This document shows, one piece after another, positions 41,379 through 54,423 of a stretch of 64,000 nucleotides of DNA. A model generated the notes under the pieces. The model had not been told where the DNA came from, did no database searches, and was given only the letters and a program-made list of their open reading frames with translations. Every line of letters starts with the position of its first letter. Position 1 is the first letter of the stretch. The stretch lies in contig CP068257.2 in NCBI GenBank assembly GCA_009914755.4, positions 19,008,001 to 19,072,000 on the forward strand, written 5' to 3'. Both the position numbers and the translations under genes were made by a program. This stretch comes from the human T2T-CHM13v2.0 reference genome, Homo sapiens.

Positions 41379-42168
41379 CATGAGCATACCTCAAGACATG
41401 AGAACACACAGTGAAAAGACCACCATCTTCAAGCCAGGAAGACACCCACTACCAAAATCAAGTCATATTGGCACCCTGATTTTTGAAACTTCCAGTCTTC
41501 AAAACTGAGAGAAGATAAATTTCTGTTTAAGCCACCCAGTTTATGGCAGTCTGAGCTAAGACAGGCATCCATATTGGTTCATCAATCGTAATAAGTGTAG
41601 ATCAATGACAGCTATTAATAACAGATGAAACTACAGACCTGGGGAGAGAGAGCATATGGCAGTCTTCTGTACTCTCTTCAATTTTTCTGGAAACCTAAAA
41701 TGTCTAAGAAATGCAGTCCATTAACTTCAAAAATAAAATAAACAAAGAAACCCCCCACAAACACAAACATTTTTCCATGCCTCCATCAATCAGTCCTTTA
41801 GCTGCCAAGTTACTTGACAGAGGCAGAAAATTCTTTCAAAGCAAATGTTGAACTAGTTAAGAAGCCACAGATTTAAGCCTTTTTTCCACCAATTAGATTA
41901 GTATGACTTTGGGATATTCATCAAATCTCTTCAGCCTTCAATTTCTTAAACTATAAGTTATGATGTAATGAATTTATTTAAAAAAATACTTATCTTTTTG
42001 ATCTCACTGTATTTTTACTTTTTGCATTTTTATATGATTAAAGGAATATTTTTAGCTTGGGAGCTACAAGATTAGTTTACCAAAACATAAATAGTAAATT
42101 CATCTTTTCAAAGTGATGCAAAATCAGTGCCCTTGTTATTAGGGCTAATTGTTTTGGAATTTGTGATT

Positions 42169-42224
42169 GTGCGTGTGTGTGTGTGTCTGTGTGTGAGAGA
42201 GAGAGAGAGGAGAGAGAGACGGAG
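42169..42224. repeat. (GT)n(GA)n compound microsatellite.
   Basis: 'gtgcgtgtgtgtgtgtgtctgtgtgtgagagagagagaggagagagagacgg'. Confidence 0.9.
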
Positions 42225-43316
42225 AATTTTCAAATTTGAGTTGTGACTAAAAAGTTCATAGTTTTAATAATATGGGGTTTTGACAAATTTTAAAATGTGA
42301 TGAAATGTGAGTTATCAAAACTGTAATTACTGAAATGAAATAAAGGCATATTATCTGTTACTAGAAAACTATTTGGTGGTATGAACAGTTATGCTTCTTC
42401 TCACTTCTTACTATGAATTCAATGAAATTATTTGCTTTTAAATCATTTTTTATAAAAATAACGGTTGAGATTTAAGATGAAAAGATATAATAACTATGGG
42501 AGAGACTTAAACATTTGTAGTTTGCATCAACATAGACAGATATTATGCATACTACAAGCGAAGTATTTCTCCTCTTTTCATCCATTTTAGTGGTTGTTTA
42601 GCATTACATTTATTAACTTCTGACTTGATCAACCTAAAATAATCTGAAAAGACACAAAGTAGTCGTAAAAATATTTTGAGACCCAAATTATATGTGATTT
42701 CCACTAGGAATAGCCTATTCCAGCCTTCGAGAATCACTATAGATCATTGTGTTCAGACTTCCTCTTGAGTAAATTTGAGGCTACTACCTCTGTAATTGAA
42801 AAATTTTAAGCACGTATTTTAATTACCATTCTGTCATTAGGTACATGTGGTACTATTCCAGATTCAATCATTACATGACTTGCTACTCATGCTGTTGTTG
42901 AGCTTATGAAGAGATTAATGTAATAACTTGTCTGTGCTTTCTCTGAATTAATTTAGAATGTGCCTCATTCTCTTCCTTCTGTTTGATTGAAAATTAGCAA
43001 GAAACAGTCTAATGCAGTGTTTATAAAAGAGTAGATTTGGGGACTGCTTGCTCTAGATTTATTAAAATGCTTCAGGTTCAGCTGGTTTCAGATGGAGGAG
43101 CTGGGAGTCTTCAAAAACCCCTCAGTGTTTGTTATGCATAGTAAAATTTGGAAATTCTAATTTATAGAAAGAAAAAATTTATGTCGATTTTTCTCTTTCC
43201 AGATTACCCTTTGAAAAAAGTAGCATATTCAATAATCTGGCATCTGTTTATTCAAGACATATTTAATGAATATTTTCCATATTTCAGAAATCGCTGCATA
43301 AACGTAAAGAAAAATT

Positions 43317-43620
43317 GCCAGGCACAGTGGCTCACACCTGTAATCCCAACACTTTGAGAGGTTGAGAGAGGAGGATAACTTGAGTCCAGGTGTTTAAGAC
43401 AAGCCTGGGCAACATGGTAAGATCCCATCTCCACAAAAAAAACTTAAAATTAGCTGGGCATGGTGGCACCGACCTGTTGTCCCAGCTACTTGGGAGGCTG
43501 AGGCAGAAGGATCACTGGAGCCCAGAAGGTTGAGGCTGTGGTAAGCTAAAATTGTGCCACTGTACTCCAAACTGGGCGACAGATAAGAACCTGTAACCTA
43601 GTAAATAAATAAGTAAATGA
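43317..43620 (+). mobile_element. Alu SINE, sense (older AluJ/S-like) with an (AAAT)n-like tail.
   Basis: 'gccaggcacagtggctcacacctgtaatcccaacactttgagaggttgagagaggaggataacttgagtccaggtgtttaagacaagcctgggcaacatggtaagatcccatctcc...gctgggcatggtggcaccgacctgttgtcccagctacttgggaggctgaggcagaaggatcactggagcccagaaggttgaggctgtggtaagctaaaattgtgccactgtactccaaactgggcgacag'. Confidence 0.85.
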
Positions 43621-44650
43621 AAAGAATAATTGAATCAGAACACTACCTATGGAAAATTCACAGACCAATACATTCTATAAGTAAACACCAACAGAATGGC
43701 TAACTTTCTTCGGCAAACAACAAAAAAGACATTTTTCTAATGCAAGATTAGAATGTAATCCTTGGAAAGGATTTTTATTCAAATATTACCCTTCTTAGAA
43801 TTTTGTCATATTTGAATCAAAATCCTCTCCAAGGATTACAACATCAGAAATTATTTTAGAATGTTTCAGATACTGTGTATAGCATACGTTATCTGTCATT
43901 CAATCCATAAGATATCAAAATGAAGTAAATAACATTAGTTTTGCTTTCATTTTATAGGTGAGAGTGTGGAGAGGTTAAATGCTCCATTCAATGCTGTACA
44001 GCTTGTAAGTTTACTGCCATAATTTGAACCAAGACCGGTTGCTGCTGTCTTTGAGCTATTCTGTCTCCCCTCTAAAAAGGCAGAAAACCTCCTGTAAAAA
44101 AAGGGAAGACTGTTCTAAAATTTCTAAATTGCATTTAACTACACAGAATCTTTAGGCTCTTCTAGGAATTACGACAAAATGCCAAAGAAAAGCTGGAAAT
44201 TGTAAATAAACCATGCTGAGCTTAGGGACAGGTCGTGAGATAAGTAATAAATTCTTATTTAAAGTCTAATTTTGACACACACTTACCTTATACTCTTCGT
44301 ATCATCCCCTGCAATCCACCTCACCATTACAAGAGAATGGACTGTCTCTTGCGGAGTCATAATATGAAACTTCCCTATGCTATGGAGCCTCCCAAAGGTC
44401 TATTCAGGAAAGGTTGTTATGCTTTTGAAAGCAAGCAAACACATCTTAAGGGAGTATAGAAAGTTTGGTGTTAATGAATTTAGTCACTATTTAAAAATAT
44501 ACATTTTTTTCTTAATCAATTATTTTGGCCAGGCATGGTAAGAAGCATAGCTAAACAGCATTTTGAGCAAAGCAAACAGGGGACCTACCCTGAAGGAGCT
44601 TAAATATAGTTAAAGGAGAAAGATAATAAACAAAATAGAGAAAAATAATT

Positions 44651-45011
44651 GTATTTAGTCTGTTCTTGCACTGCAAATAAAGGCATGCCCCAGACTAGGT
44701 AATTCATAAAGGAAAGAGGTTTAATTGACTCACAGTTCCACGCAGCTGGAGAGGCCTCACAATCATGGCAGAAGAGCAAGGGACATCTTACATTGTGGGA
44801 GAAGGGAGAAGGATGAGGGCCCAGTGAAGGGTGAAGCCCTTTATAAAACCATCAGATTTCGTGAGAACTAACTCACTATCACAAGAACAAGATGAGGGAA
44901 ACCGCCTCCATGATTCAATTATGTCTACTTGGTCCTTCCCACCACACTGGGAATTATGGGAACTACAATTCAAGGCGAGATTTGGTTGGGAACACAGAGC
45001 CAAACTGTATC
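44651..45011 (-). mobile_element. Solo THE1/MST-family MaLR LTR, antisense, with a 5-bp TSD ATAAT at 44646-44650 and 45012-45016.
   Basis: The plus strand reads 'tgtatttagtctgttcttgcactgcaaataaaggcatgccccagactaggtaattcataaaggaaagaggtttaattgactcacagttccacgcagctggagaggcctcacaatcatggcagaag...gggaattatgggaactacaattcaaggcgagatttggttgggaacacagagccaaactgtatca'. This is the reverse complement of a THE1 LTR (…tgatatggtttggctgtgtccccacccaaatctcatcttgaattgtagctcccataattccc…cctttataaattacc.agtct..gtat…actaataca). Confidence 0.75.
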
Positions 45012-45974
45012 AATAATACAAATAAAAACTGAAATAACAAACCAGATGATCCAATAGAGGAACGTGGTCAGGAAAAACAAGCCTGGCAGACAGATATAAG
45101 CTGAAGCCTGAAGGTAAGAAGAAACCACACAGGCAGGAAGGAAAACAAATAACAGACCATGTCAGGAAGAAAACAAACTAAACAAAGTTGATGAGGGTTG
45201 GAAAGATCTTGGGCTTTCTAACAATTGGTAGGTGGCAGATTTGCTGTCTTGTAGCATGATCAGGAAATAATGATGTAGAATGTAGTTGACATGAATGAAT
45301 GGAAAACATTCTTCATTGGAACCTATGATGGTTAATTTTATGAGTTAACGTGACAAGTACATAGTACCCAGATATTTGGTTAAGCATTATTCTCAATATT
45401 TCTGTGAAGGTATTTTTGAAATAAAATTAATATTTAAAGCAGTAGACTTTTTAAGTAAAGTACATTCTCCTTCATAATGTAGGTCGGCCATATTCAATTA
45501 GTTGAAAGCCTTAACAGAAAAAGACTGAACTCTGCAGAATAACAGGGAATTCTGTCAGCAAATTGCCTTCAGACTTAAACTGCAACTCTCTCTTGGGTCT
45601 GTAGCCTGCAGGCCTAATTTGCAAATTTTGAACTTGCCAGCCTCCACAATCATGTGAGCTAAATTCCTAAAATAAATTTCTCTATCTATTTATCTATCTA
45701 CATCCTGATGTTTCCGTGTCTCTGAAGAACCCTGACAAATACAAAATCTCTAAAGATAACCTGAAATTTGAATAATAGCAAAGTGCACGTAGATCCTTCC
45801 ACTGGAAAGAGGTGAGATGGCTCTGGGACATAGTACAGGATCTGGGAGGCATGTTGACCAAGACTCACAGAAGATGGGACTGATTTTTTTGGACTTTGAG
45901 TTATGAAAATGGCTACATTTTTTGAAACTTACTATTTATTTACAATTCTATGATTCATTTCTTTTATGCCTCAA

Positions 45975-46339
45975 TGATATGGTTTAGCTTTTTGTCCCCA
46001 TCCAAATCTCATCCCCAAATTTAATCCCCACCTGTCGAGGGAGAGACCTGGTGGGAGGGGATTGGATAATAGAATCAGGCTTCCCCCTTGCTGTTCTCAT
46101 GACAGTGAGGGAATTCTCACAAGATTTGATGGTTTAGAAGTGTGGCACTTTCGCCCGCACTCCTGTTGCTGCCATGTAAGACATGCCTTGCTTCCCCTTC
46201 ACCTTCTGCCGTGATTGTAAGTTTTCTGAGGCTTCCTCAGCCATGTGGAACTGTAAGTCAATTTTATTAAACCTCTTTTTTAAATAAATTACCTAGTCTT
46301 GGACAGTACTTCATAGCAGTGTGAGAACTGACTAATACA
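45975..46339 (+). mobile_element. Solo THE1/MST-family MaLR LTR, sense. Approximate TSD CTCAA versus CTAAA.
   Basis: 'tgatatggtttagctttttgtccccatccaaatctcatccccaaatttaatccccacctgtcgagggagagacctggtgggaggggattggataatagaatcaggcttcccccttgctgttctcatgacagtgagggaattctcacaagatttgatggtttagaag...ccatgtggaactgtaagtcaattttattaaacctcttttttaaataaattacctagtcttggacagtacttcatagcagtgtgagaactgactaataca'. Confidence 0.75.
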
Positions 46340-48470
46340 CTAAATTTTAATACATTATTATTTAAAGTCTAATTTTGACACATACATCCACATAAAACAG
46401 AAAAAAAAGTCTAATTTCTTTTATCACTTAAGACATTAAGAAAAATTTATGTGCTATGTTTACAAAGATAGTACTTGGAAGGAGAAGAGCAGCCCAAAGA
46501 GTGTTGATTGTAGCACCGTCCAATAGATAGAGCTGAAAACAGCTGTCTGGATCATAAAGCAAGAGAATAAAAAGTAGGACTGAGATAGCAGATTTTTTTA
46601 TATATGTGAACATTACCTGAGGATTCCAGAAGTACCTGGAGGTGAAGGAATTTCACAAATACTAAGCTACCAGTAGAAAAACTGAATGGTCTCTCAAGCC
46701 ATCGTACTTTGTCATTAGAAAGAAATAAGAGTTCTGGTATCTGATCTAGCAAAGGAGACTAGAAGCTTTCATTTAGTCCTAACAATGAGGGAAAAGCTGT
46801 ACAAACTAGATCACACTCACAATTTTTAAATACATCACAGAAGTGAGGTCACAGGAAATGACAATTTTCCTGAACAGAAATCCAAAATCAGAAACCTCCA
46901 CGAGAACCAGTGCTGAAACCAGAACTGTAATTAAGGAATTGCTGGAAGCTCCATTTGGACAAATAAAAACTCCATAGGGATGCAGTCGTAGGAGGACCCC
47001 ATGCTTCTGTGAGTTTACCTCTAGGAGCTCCACCACAGTCTCAGAGACAGTGCTGGAGAGAAATTCCCTTGTGCTTCCAGGAAGAAGAGGAGAAAAGTAA
47101 CCATTTTGAAATACACTAGAGCATTCTATTCTTCTTACCAAATCCTGCCCTCGAGAGAATCCGTTTTACCAGAGCCTGTGGGGGACCTTTGACACAAAAG
47201 AAACACACTGTTACTATCAGACTCATCTGCATGAACTTCCAGCAATGATTATAAGCAAGCTTGGGGGCAATATGAGACGAGAAAATTATCCCCCAGCTGT
47301 GAGAATGGCACAAATCTTCACCCGCTGTTCAGACATATTTTTATGCAGAGCAAGAGACTTAATCCACTAGAAGAGGTGCACCAAATCCCCTTGTCCTCCA
47401 GGCATAGTTAAAGAGTAAAAAGGTAGAGAAAAAACGGCCTATCACTGGGAGAGAGAAAAGAAAAACTGTTGAAGTCAAGATTCTAAACTGTTGCTAATAG
47501 AAATGACTAACCACTGGAGGAAGGGAAGAGAATTCTGTGCCATGTAAGCTCTAACATAGACACAAGGCAACATCTGGATGACCTGGGTAGAAAAAGAGAT
47601 GAATGCTGAGAAAATTTAACCCCAGGTGCACAGGACTTACCTAAGACTGCGGTCAAAGACAATTGAGATATCTCTATATTCCCCACTATCAGCCTAGCAA
47701 GCACTGAGTAATAATAAGCAAAAAATAAAGTATTACTATGTGACAAGGCAAGACAATGGATATAAACTTCCTCTGAGGAGAAAACTTACAAGGACACCTT
47801 AAACCAGAGGGATGGGAGGGGGGAAGTATGAATAATTTAAAATTATATGCTCTGAAGACATCATCTTAATCACAGAGCATCACTGGAGAACTTTGAAGCC
47901 AGTAGAATGTTAAAGATAACCATGTTAAAATCAAAGCAAAAAAAAAAAACAATAATTTTTAAAAACTCAACTTGAGATAAAATTGTTTCCAATCTCTTCT
48001 ACCATGTGTGCAAGTACATGTGTGTGCATATGCACACATACCCTTCCCCCCACACACATATATACACACACACACAAATGGCCTGACAGAAGAGTTATTT
48101 CCATATTCGTTCAAATAAATACTATTTACTTCAGTCTCTACCTCATATATCCAAAATGTCCAATATTTCATTAAAAATTTTGAGATGCAGAAAAAAAGAA
48201 TAAAAAATGCTACATATTTGGAAAAATTAGAGCAATCAACAGAATGGATTCTGAATGTACCAAGATGTTGGAACCTTTAGAGAGGCATTTAAAATAACTA
48301 TGATTAATATATAAAAGACTTAGTGTAAAAGGTTGACAACATGTAGGAAGGCACAGCTATTTTGGCAGAGAGGGAAGCTATAAGAAAGAATTGAATGGAA
48401 ATAGTATAATTAACATTCATAATATCAACAGTAAATAATTTCCTTGACCATCTCAAAAGTAGACTTGATA

Positions 48471-48901
<431 letters not shown>

Positions 48902-49125
48902 TTAAACTGTGGGACAGTAGTAAACAGTCTAACACCATGTAATTTGGAGCCAAAAGCAGAAAAGAGTAATTAATAAGACACTTGGACAGAAACTCAGTAA
49001 GGATACAAAGATCTGACAACAGTAAAAAAAAGAAGAAAATAGAATTAAGAACAGATAGGACTCATAGAAACAAACCGCAACAAAGAGACTTAAATACTGT
49101 AACATCAATAATAACATTAAATATA

Positions 49126-49433
49126 GGGCCTGGTGCAGTGGCTCACTCATGCCTGTAAACCCAGAAATTTGGGAGGCTGAGGCAGGTAGATCACTTGTGG
49201 CCAGAAGTTTGAGACCAGCTTGGGCAACATAGTAAGCCCCTGACCCTAAAAGAAAAATTTAAAAAGTAGCTGGGCATTGTAACATGGACCTGTTGTCTTA
49301 GCTTCTTGGGAGGCTGAGGTGAGAGGATTGTTTGAGAAGTTTGAGGCTGTGGTGAGTCATGATTGTGCCACCGTACTCTGGCTTGGGCAACAGAGTGAGA
49401 CCCTGTCTCAAAAAAATAATAAATAAATAAAAA
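49126..49433 (+). mobile_element. Alu SINE, sense, diverged (AluJ/Sx-like), with an (AAAT)n tail.
   Basis: 'gggcctggtgcagtggctcactcatgcctgtaaacccagaaatttgggaggctgaggcaggtagatcacttgtggccagaagtttgagaccagcttgggcaacatagtaagcccc...gctgggcattgtaacatggacctgttgtcttagcttcttgggaggctgaggtgagaggattgtttgagaagtttgaggctgtggtgagtcatgattgtgccaccgtactctggcttgggcaacagagtgagaccctgtctc'. Confidence 0.85.
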
Positions 49434-49548
49434 TGTTTTACCATCCCAATTAAAATCAGAGTTTGCCAGATTGAATAAAATAGTATATCCCAAATAATTA
49501 ATTAATTAATTAAAATGGTTTACCATCCCAACTAAAATCAGAGTTTGC
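49430..49548. repeat. Direct repeat: two 37-bp copies with an ~82-bp period.
   Basis: 'aaaatgttttaccatcccaattaaaatcagagtttgc' at 49430-49466 and 'aaaatggtttaccatcccaactaaaatcagagtttgc' at 49512-49548. Confidence 0.7.
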
Positions 49549-51375
49549 TGCATATAAAAGAATTCACTTTGGAGTAGAATGGTTGACATCAGATAAAATG
49601 GAGGAATAAGAAATTTACAACTTTACTCCTTTATATAAGTAACGGAAACACTGGCCAAATGATTGGAATCATCTTTTTTTCTTTTTTTGAAATCTGGATA
49701 CTAACCAAAGGCTTGCCGTAAGCTAGGGAGTGCTTATTCAAGGAAAACAGCTGAATGTCAGTAAACACGGTGAGCTGTGCAGTGTTTTAACTTAACCTAC
49801 TTTTGTCCTCTGTTCCCTAGTTCGGCAGTAGCTGTGAAAATAAGAGCTCACATTTCCAATACTAGAGGGAGCAGACAGATCTCATTTGCAAATGTTTGTA
49901 AACATTTTTTTGACCAGTTTAGTCACCCCTTGGAAGGCCAACTCAAATTCTTAACAATATTTCGCCTTGCTTAGAACCAGGTCAGTGCTAAAGCTGCTTC
50001 CAAGGGTATTTGTCAAACACATTTACAGAGTAATGTTTTAGTCACTGCTTCCAGAAATAACGGATAACAATTGAGACAACTAAAGGACTAACGAGATATT
50101 CCCAACACACAGAGAGAACTCCTCAGCAAAGACTAGAAGAGTTTTTGATTCCAAGTGTTTAAGGAAATCCTGTCCAAACATTAGCTGATCACTAAGCTAA
50201 TGGAACAGAGACTTCAGTGACCAGAACAACAAAGAATACAGACTTTACAGAATTAGTTCAGAAGAGTCAATAAACAAATAAGCAAAAACAGCTATATGGA
50301 CCAACAACAATAGTGAAGCAACAAGCATGTGTCTCATTCCCAGAGCGGCCACAATATAATATTTTAAATTTTCAGTTTTCAAGAGAAAAGAAGTGTGCAA
50401 AATAACAAGAAAATATGTCCCATATACAGATGAGTAAAAGCCATCAATAAAAACTATATTTGAGGAAGCCCAGATATAGGAATTTCCAGAAAAATACTTT
50501 AAAACAGCTATTTTAAATATGTCCAAAAAGCTAAAGAAAGTCATCTCTAAAGGAATAAATGTATGTGAATCATATCTCACCAAATAGGGAATAACAATAA
50601 AGATATAGAAATAGTTTAAGTGAACTAAATATAAAGGTTAAACCTTTGAAGTACAATAACTGAAATTAAAAATTCAATAAGGGGTTCAATGGTAGATTTG
50701 AGCAGGCGGAAGAAAGAATCAGCAAACTGAAGATAGGACAAACAAGATTATTCAGTCTGAGAGAGAAAATGTAATGAAGAAAATGAACAGAGCCTCAGAG
50801 AGTTTGATGGGATACCATTAAGCATATCAACATGCACATAAAGAGAATCCCAGAAGGAAAGGAGAGAGAAAGAAGAAAAAACTATTTACAGAAATTACCC
50901 AAACTTTCCATATTTGATGGAAAATATTAACATTGCCTGCACATCTGGCAAACCTAAACCAGCAGTACACAGAAAGAATTTTACACTATTACCAAATGGG
51001 ACTTATCACAGAAATGCATACTTGTTTCACCATAGAAAATTCATCAATTTTAAATACATGTTAATAGAATAAAGGAAAAATATTTCAATAGATGCAAAAA
51101 AATTTGACAAGATTCAATATGTATTCATATCAAATACACTCAACAAACTAAGATTAGAAGGTAACTTCCTCAATCTGATACAGGGCATCTGCAAAAAAAC
51201 CTCACAGATAACATTATAGGTAATGGTGAAATATGGAAAGCTTTTCAGCTAAGATCAAGAACAAGACAGATGTCTGCTGTTGCCCCTTCTATTCAGTATT
51301 GTACTACCTGTTCTAGCCAAGTCCAGATTAGAAAGGAAGAAGCAAAAGTATTTGTAGATGACATGACCATAAGGA

Positions 51376-51412
51376 ATACACACACACACACACACACGCA
51401 CACACATACACA
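51376..51412. repeat. (CA)n microsatellite inside the L1.
   Basis: 'acacacacacacacacacgcacacacatacacac'. Confidence 0.9.
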
Positions 51413-52111
51413 CCCCTCACATAAAACTATTAATATTAAAGCTAATAAATGATTTCAGCAAATTTGCAAGATTCAAGATCAACATCCAGAATTAGTTGCA
51501 TTCCCCTATGATGAGCACTGAACAATGTGAAAATAAAATTAAGAAAAGAAGTCCATTTATAATAGCATCAAAGGGAATAAAATCCTTAAGAATAAATTAA
51601 CCAAAAAAATAAGACTTATATACCGAGAGCTATGAAACATTATTTAAATAAATTAAAGATCTAAATAAATGAAAAGATGTTCCAGATTTATGGTTTGGAA
51701 AATGATATTGTTAAAGGCACTGTATTTCCCAAGTTGATCTAGAGATTTAATACAATCCCTAACAAAGTTCTAACTTCTTTTTCTTTTGCAGATATGATAT
51801 GGATGAGCTAATTCTAAAATTAATTTGAAAATCCAGCAAACCCTGAATAGCCAAAATAATATTGGGAAAAAAGAGCAAATTTGGAAGAGTCCTACATTTC
51901 AATTTTAAAACTTACTATAAAGCTACAGCAGTTAAGGCAGTATGATACTGACATAAGGAATAGAATAGAGAACCTAGAAATAAATTCTCCCATCTGTGGT
52001 CAATTGATTTTCAATAAAGTTTCCAAGACCATTCAATGTGGAAGGAATAGTCTTATGACTGGATCAATTACACACATATATGCAAATTAAACCCATTTTT
52101 TAAAAGATACC

Positions 52112-54423
52112 TGATACGCTTTGGCTATTTCCCGACCCAAATCTCTTCTTGAATTGTTGCTCCCACAATTCCCACAAGTTATGGGAGAAACCCTGTGAGA
52201 GATAATTGAATCATGGAGGTGGTTTTCCTCATACTGTTCTCATGGTAGTGAATAAGTCTCATGAGATCTGATGGTTTTATAAGAAGTTTCCCCTTTTGCT
52301 TGGCCCTCAGTCTTACTGCCACCAAGTAAGACATGGCTTTTGCCTTCCACCATGATCATGAGAACTCCCCAGCCACATGGAACTGTGAGTTCATTAAACC
52401 TCTTTTACTTTATGAAGATCCCAGTGTCAGATATGTCTTTCTCAGCAGCATGAAAACAAACTAATACAATAAATTGGTACCAGATAATGGGGTGCTGCTT
52501 GTAAAGATACCTGAAAATGTGGAAGTGACTTTGGAACTGGGTAACAGGAAGAGGCTGGAACAGTTTTAAGGGCTCAGAAGAAGACTGGAAAATGTGGGAA
52601 ACTTTGGAACTTCCTAGAGACTTGGAGGGCTCAGAAGACAAAAAGATCTGGAAAAGTTAGGAACTTCCCAGAGACTTGTTGAATGGCTTTTACCAAAATG
52701 CTGATTGTGATATGGACAATAAGGTCCAGGCTGAGGTGGTCTCAGATGGAGATGAGAAACTTATTGGGAACTAGAGTAAAGGTCACTCTTGCTATGCAAA
52801 GAGACTGGCAGCATTTTGCCCCTGCCCTAGAGATCTGTGGAACTTTGAAACTGAGCGTGATGATTTAGTGTATCTGGTGGAAGAAATTTCTAAGTGTCAA
52901 AGCATTTGAGAGGAAGCAGAGCATAAAAGTTTGGAAAACTTGCAGCCTAAAAATGTGATAAAAAAGAAAACCCCATTTTCTGGGGGGAAATTCAAGCCAG
53001 CTACAGAAATTTGCATGAGCAACAAGGAGCCAAATGTTAATCACCAAGACAATGGGGAAAATGTCTCCAGGGCATGGCAGAGACCTTTACAGCAGCCCCT
53101 CCCATCACAGGCCAGAGGCCTAGTAGAAAATATGGTTGTGTGGGCTGGGCCCCGGGCCCTCCTGCTATATGCAGCCTAGGCATTTTTGCCCTGCATCCCA
53201 CCTGCTGCAACCTTGGCTAACAGGGGTAAAGGTACAGCTCAGGCTGTGGCTGCAGAGGGTGCAAGCCTTAAGCCTTGACAGCTTCCATGTGGTGTTGAGC
53301 CTCTGAATGAGTAGAAGTCAAGAATTGAGGTTTGGGAAACTCTGCCTAGATTTCAGAGGATGAAATCTCTGAATGGAAATGGCTGGATATCCAGGGTGAA
53401 GTTTGCTGCAGGGTCAAGGCCCTCATGGAGTACCTCTGCTAGGGCAATGCAGAAGGGAAATGCGGGATTGGAGCCCCCACACAGAGTCCCTACTGGGGCA
53501 CGACCCAGTGGAGCTGTGAGAAGAGAGCCACTTTTCTCCAGACACCAGAATGGCAGATCCACTGACAGCTTGCACCATGCACCTGGAAAAGCCGCAGACA
53601 CCCAATGCCAGCCTGTGAAAGCATCCAGGAGGGGGCTGTTGCCTGCATAGCCACAGGGGCGGAGCTACCCAAGGCCATGGGACCCCAGTTCTTGCATCAG
53701 TGTGACCTGGATATGAGGCATGGAATCAAAGGTGATCATTTTGGAGCTTTAAGATTTGACTGCTCTGCTGGATTTCTGACTTGCATGGGGCCTGTAGCCC
53801 CTTCATTTTGGTCAGTTTCTCACATTTGAAACAACCGTATTTACTCAATGCCTGTACCCCCATTGTATCTAGGAAGTAACAAACTTGCTTTTGATTTTAC
53901 AGGCTCATAGGCAGAAGGGACTTGCCTGGTCTCAGATGAGACTTTGCACTGCGGACTTTTGAGTTAATGCTGAAATGCGTTAAAACTTTGGGGGATTGTT
54001 GAGAAGGCATGATTGGTTTTGAAATGTGAGGATGTGAGATTTGGGAGAGAGGGACCAGCAATGGAATGATATGGTTTGGCTGTGTCCCCACCTAAATCTC
54101 ATCTTGAATTATAGTTTTCATAATCCCCACATGTTGTGGGAGGGACCTGGTGAGAGATGATTGAATCATGGTGGCAGCTTCCCCCTTACTGTTCTCCTGG
54201 TAGTGACTAAGTCTCATGAGATCTGATGGTTTGATAAGGGATTTCTCCTTTTGCTTGGCTCTCATTCTTCCTGCCACCATGTAAAACGTGCCTTTCACCT
54301 TCTGCCATTATTGTGAGACCTCTCCTGCCAAGTGAAACTGTGAGTCCATTAAACCTTTTTTTCTCTATAAATTACCCAGTTTTGAGTATGTCTTTATCAG
54401 CAGTGTGAAAATGAACTAATACA
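52112..54423 (+). mobile_element. Full-length THE1-family MaLR element: 5' LTR ~52112-52470, THE1-int ~52471-54067, 3' LTR ~54068-54423. It is inserted into L1 ORF2 with a 5-bp TSD ATACC at 52107-52111 and 54424-54428.
   Basis: 5' LTR 'tgatacgctttggctatttcccgacccaaatctcttcttgaattgttgctcccacaattcccacaagttatgggagaaaccctgtgagagataattgaatcatggaggtgg...ccagccacatggaactgtgagttcattaaacctcttttactttatgaagatcccagtgtcagatatgtctttctcagcagcatgaaaacaaactaataca'. 3' LTR 'atatggtttggctgtgtccccacctaaatctcatcttgaattatagttttcataatccccacatgttgtgggagggacctggtgagagatgattgaatcatggtggcag...gtgaaactgtgagtccattaaacctttttttctctataaattacccagttttgagtatgtctttatcagcagtgtgaaaatgaactaataca'. The internal region matches THE1-int ('...gaaatttgcatgagcaacaaggagccaaatgttaatcaccaagacaatggggaaaatgtctccagggcatggcagag...'). 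Confidence 0.88.
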
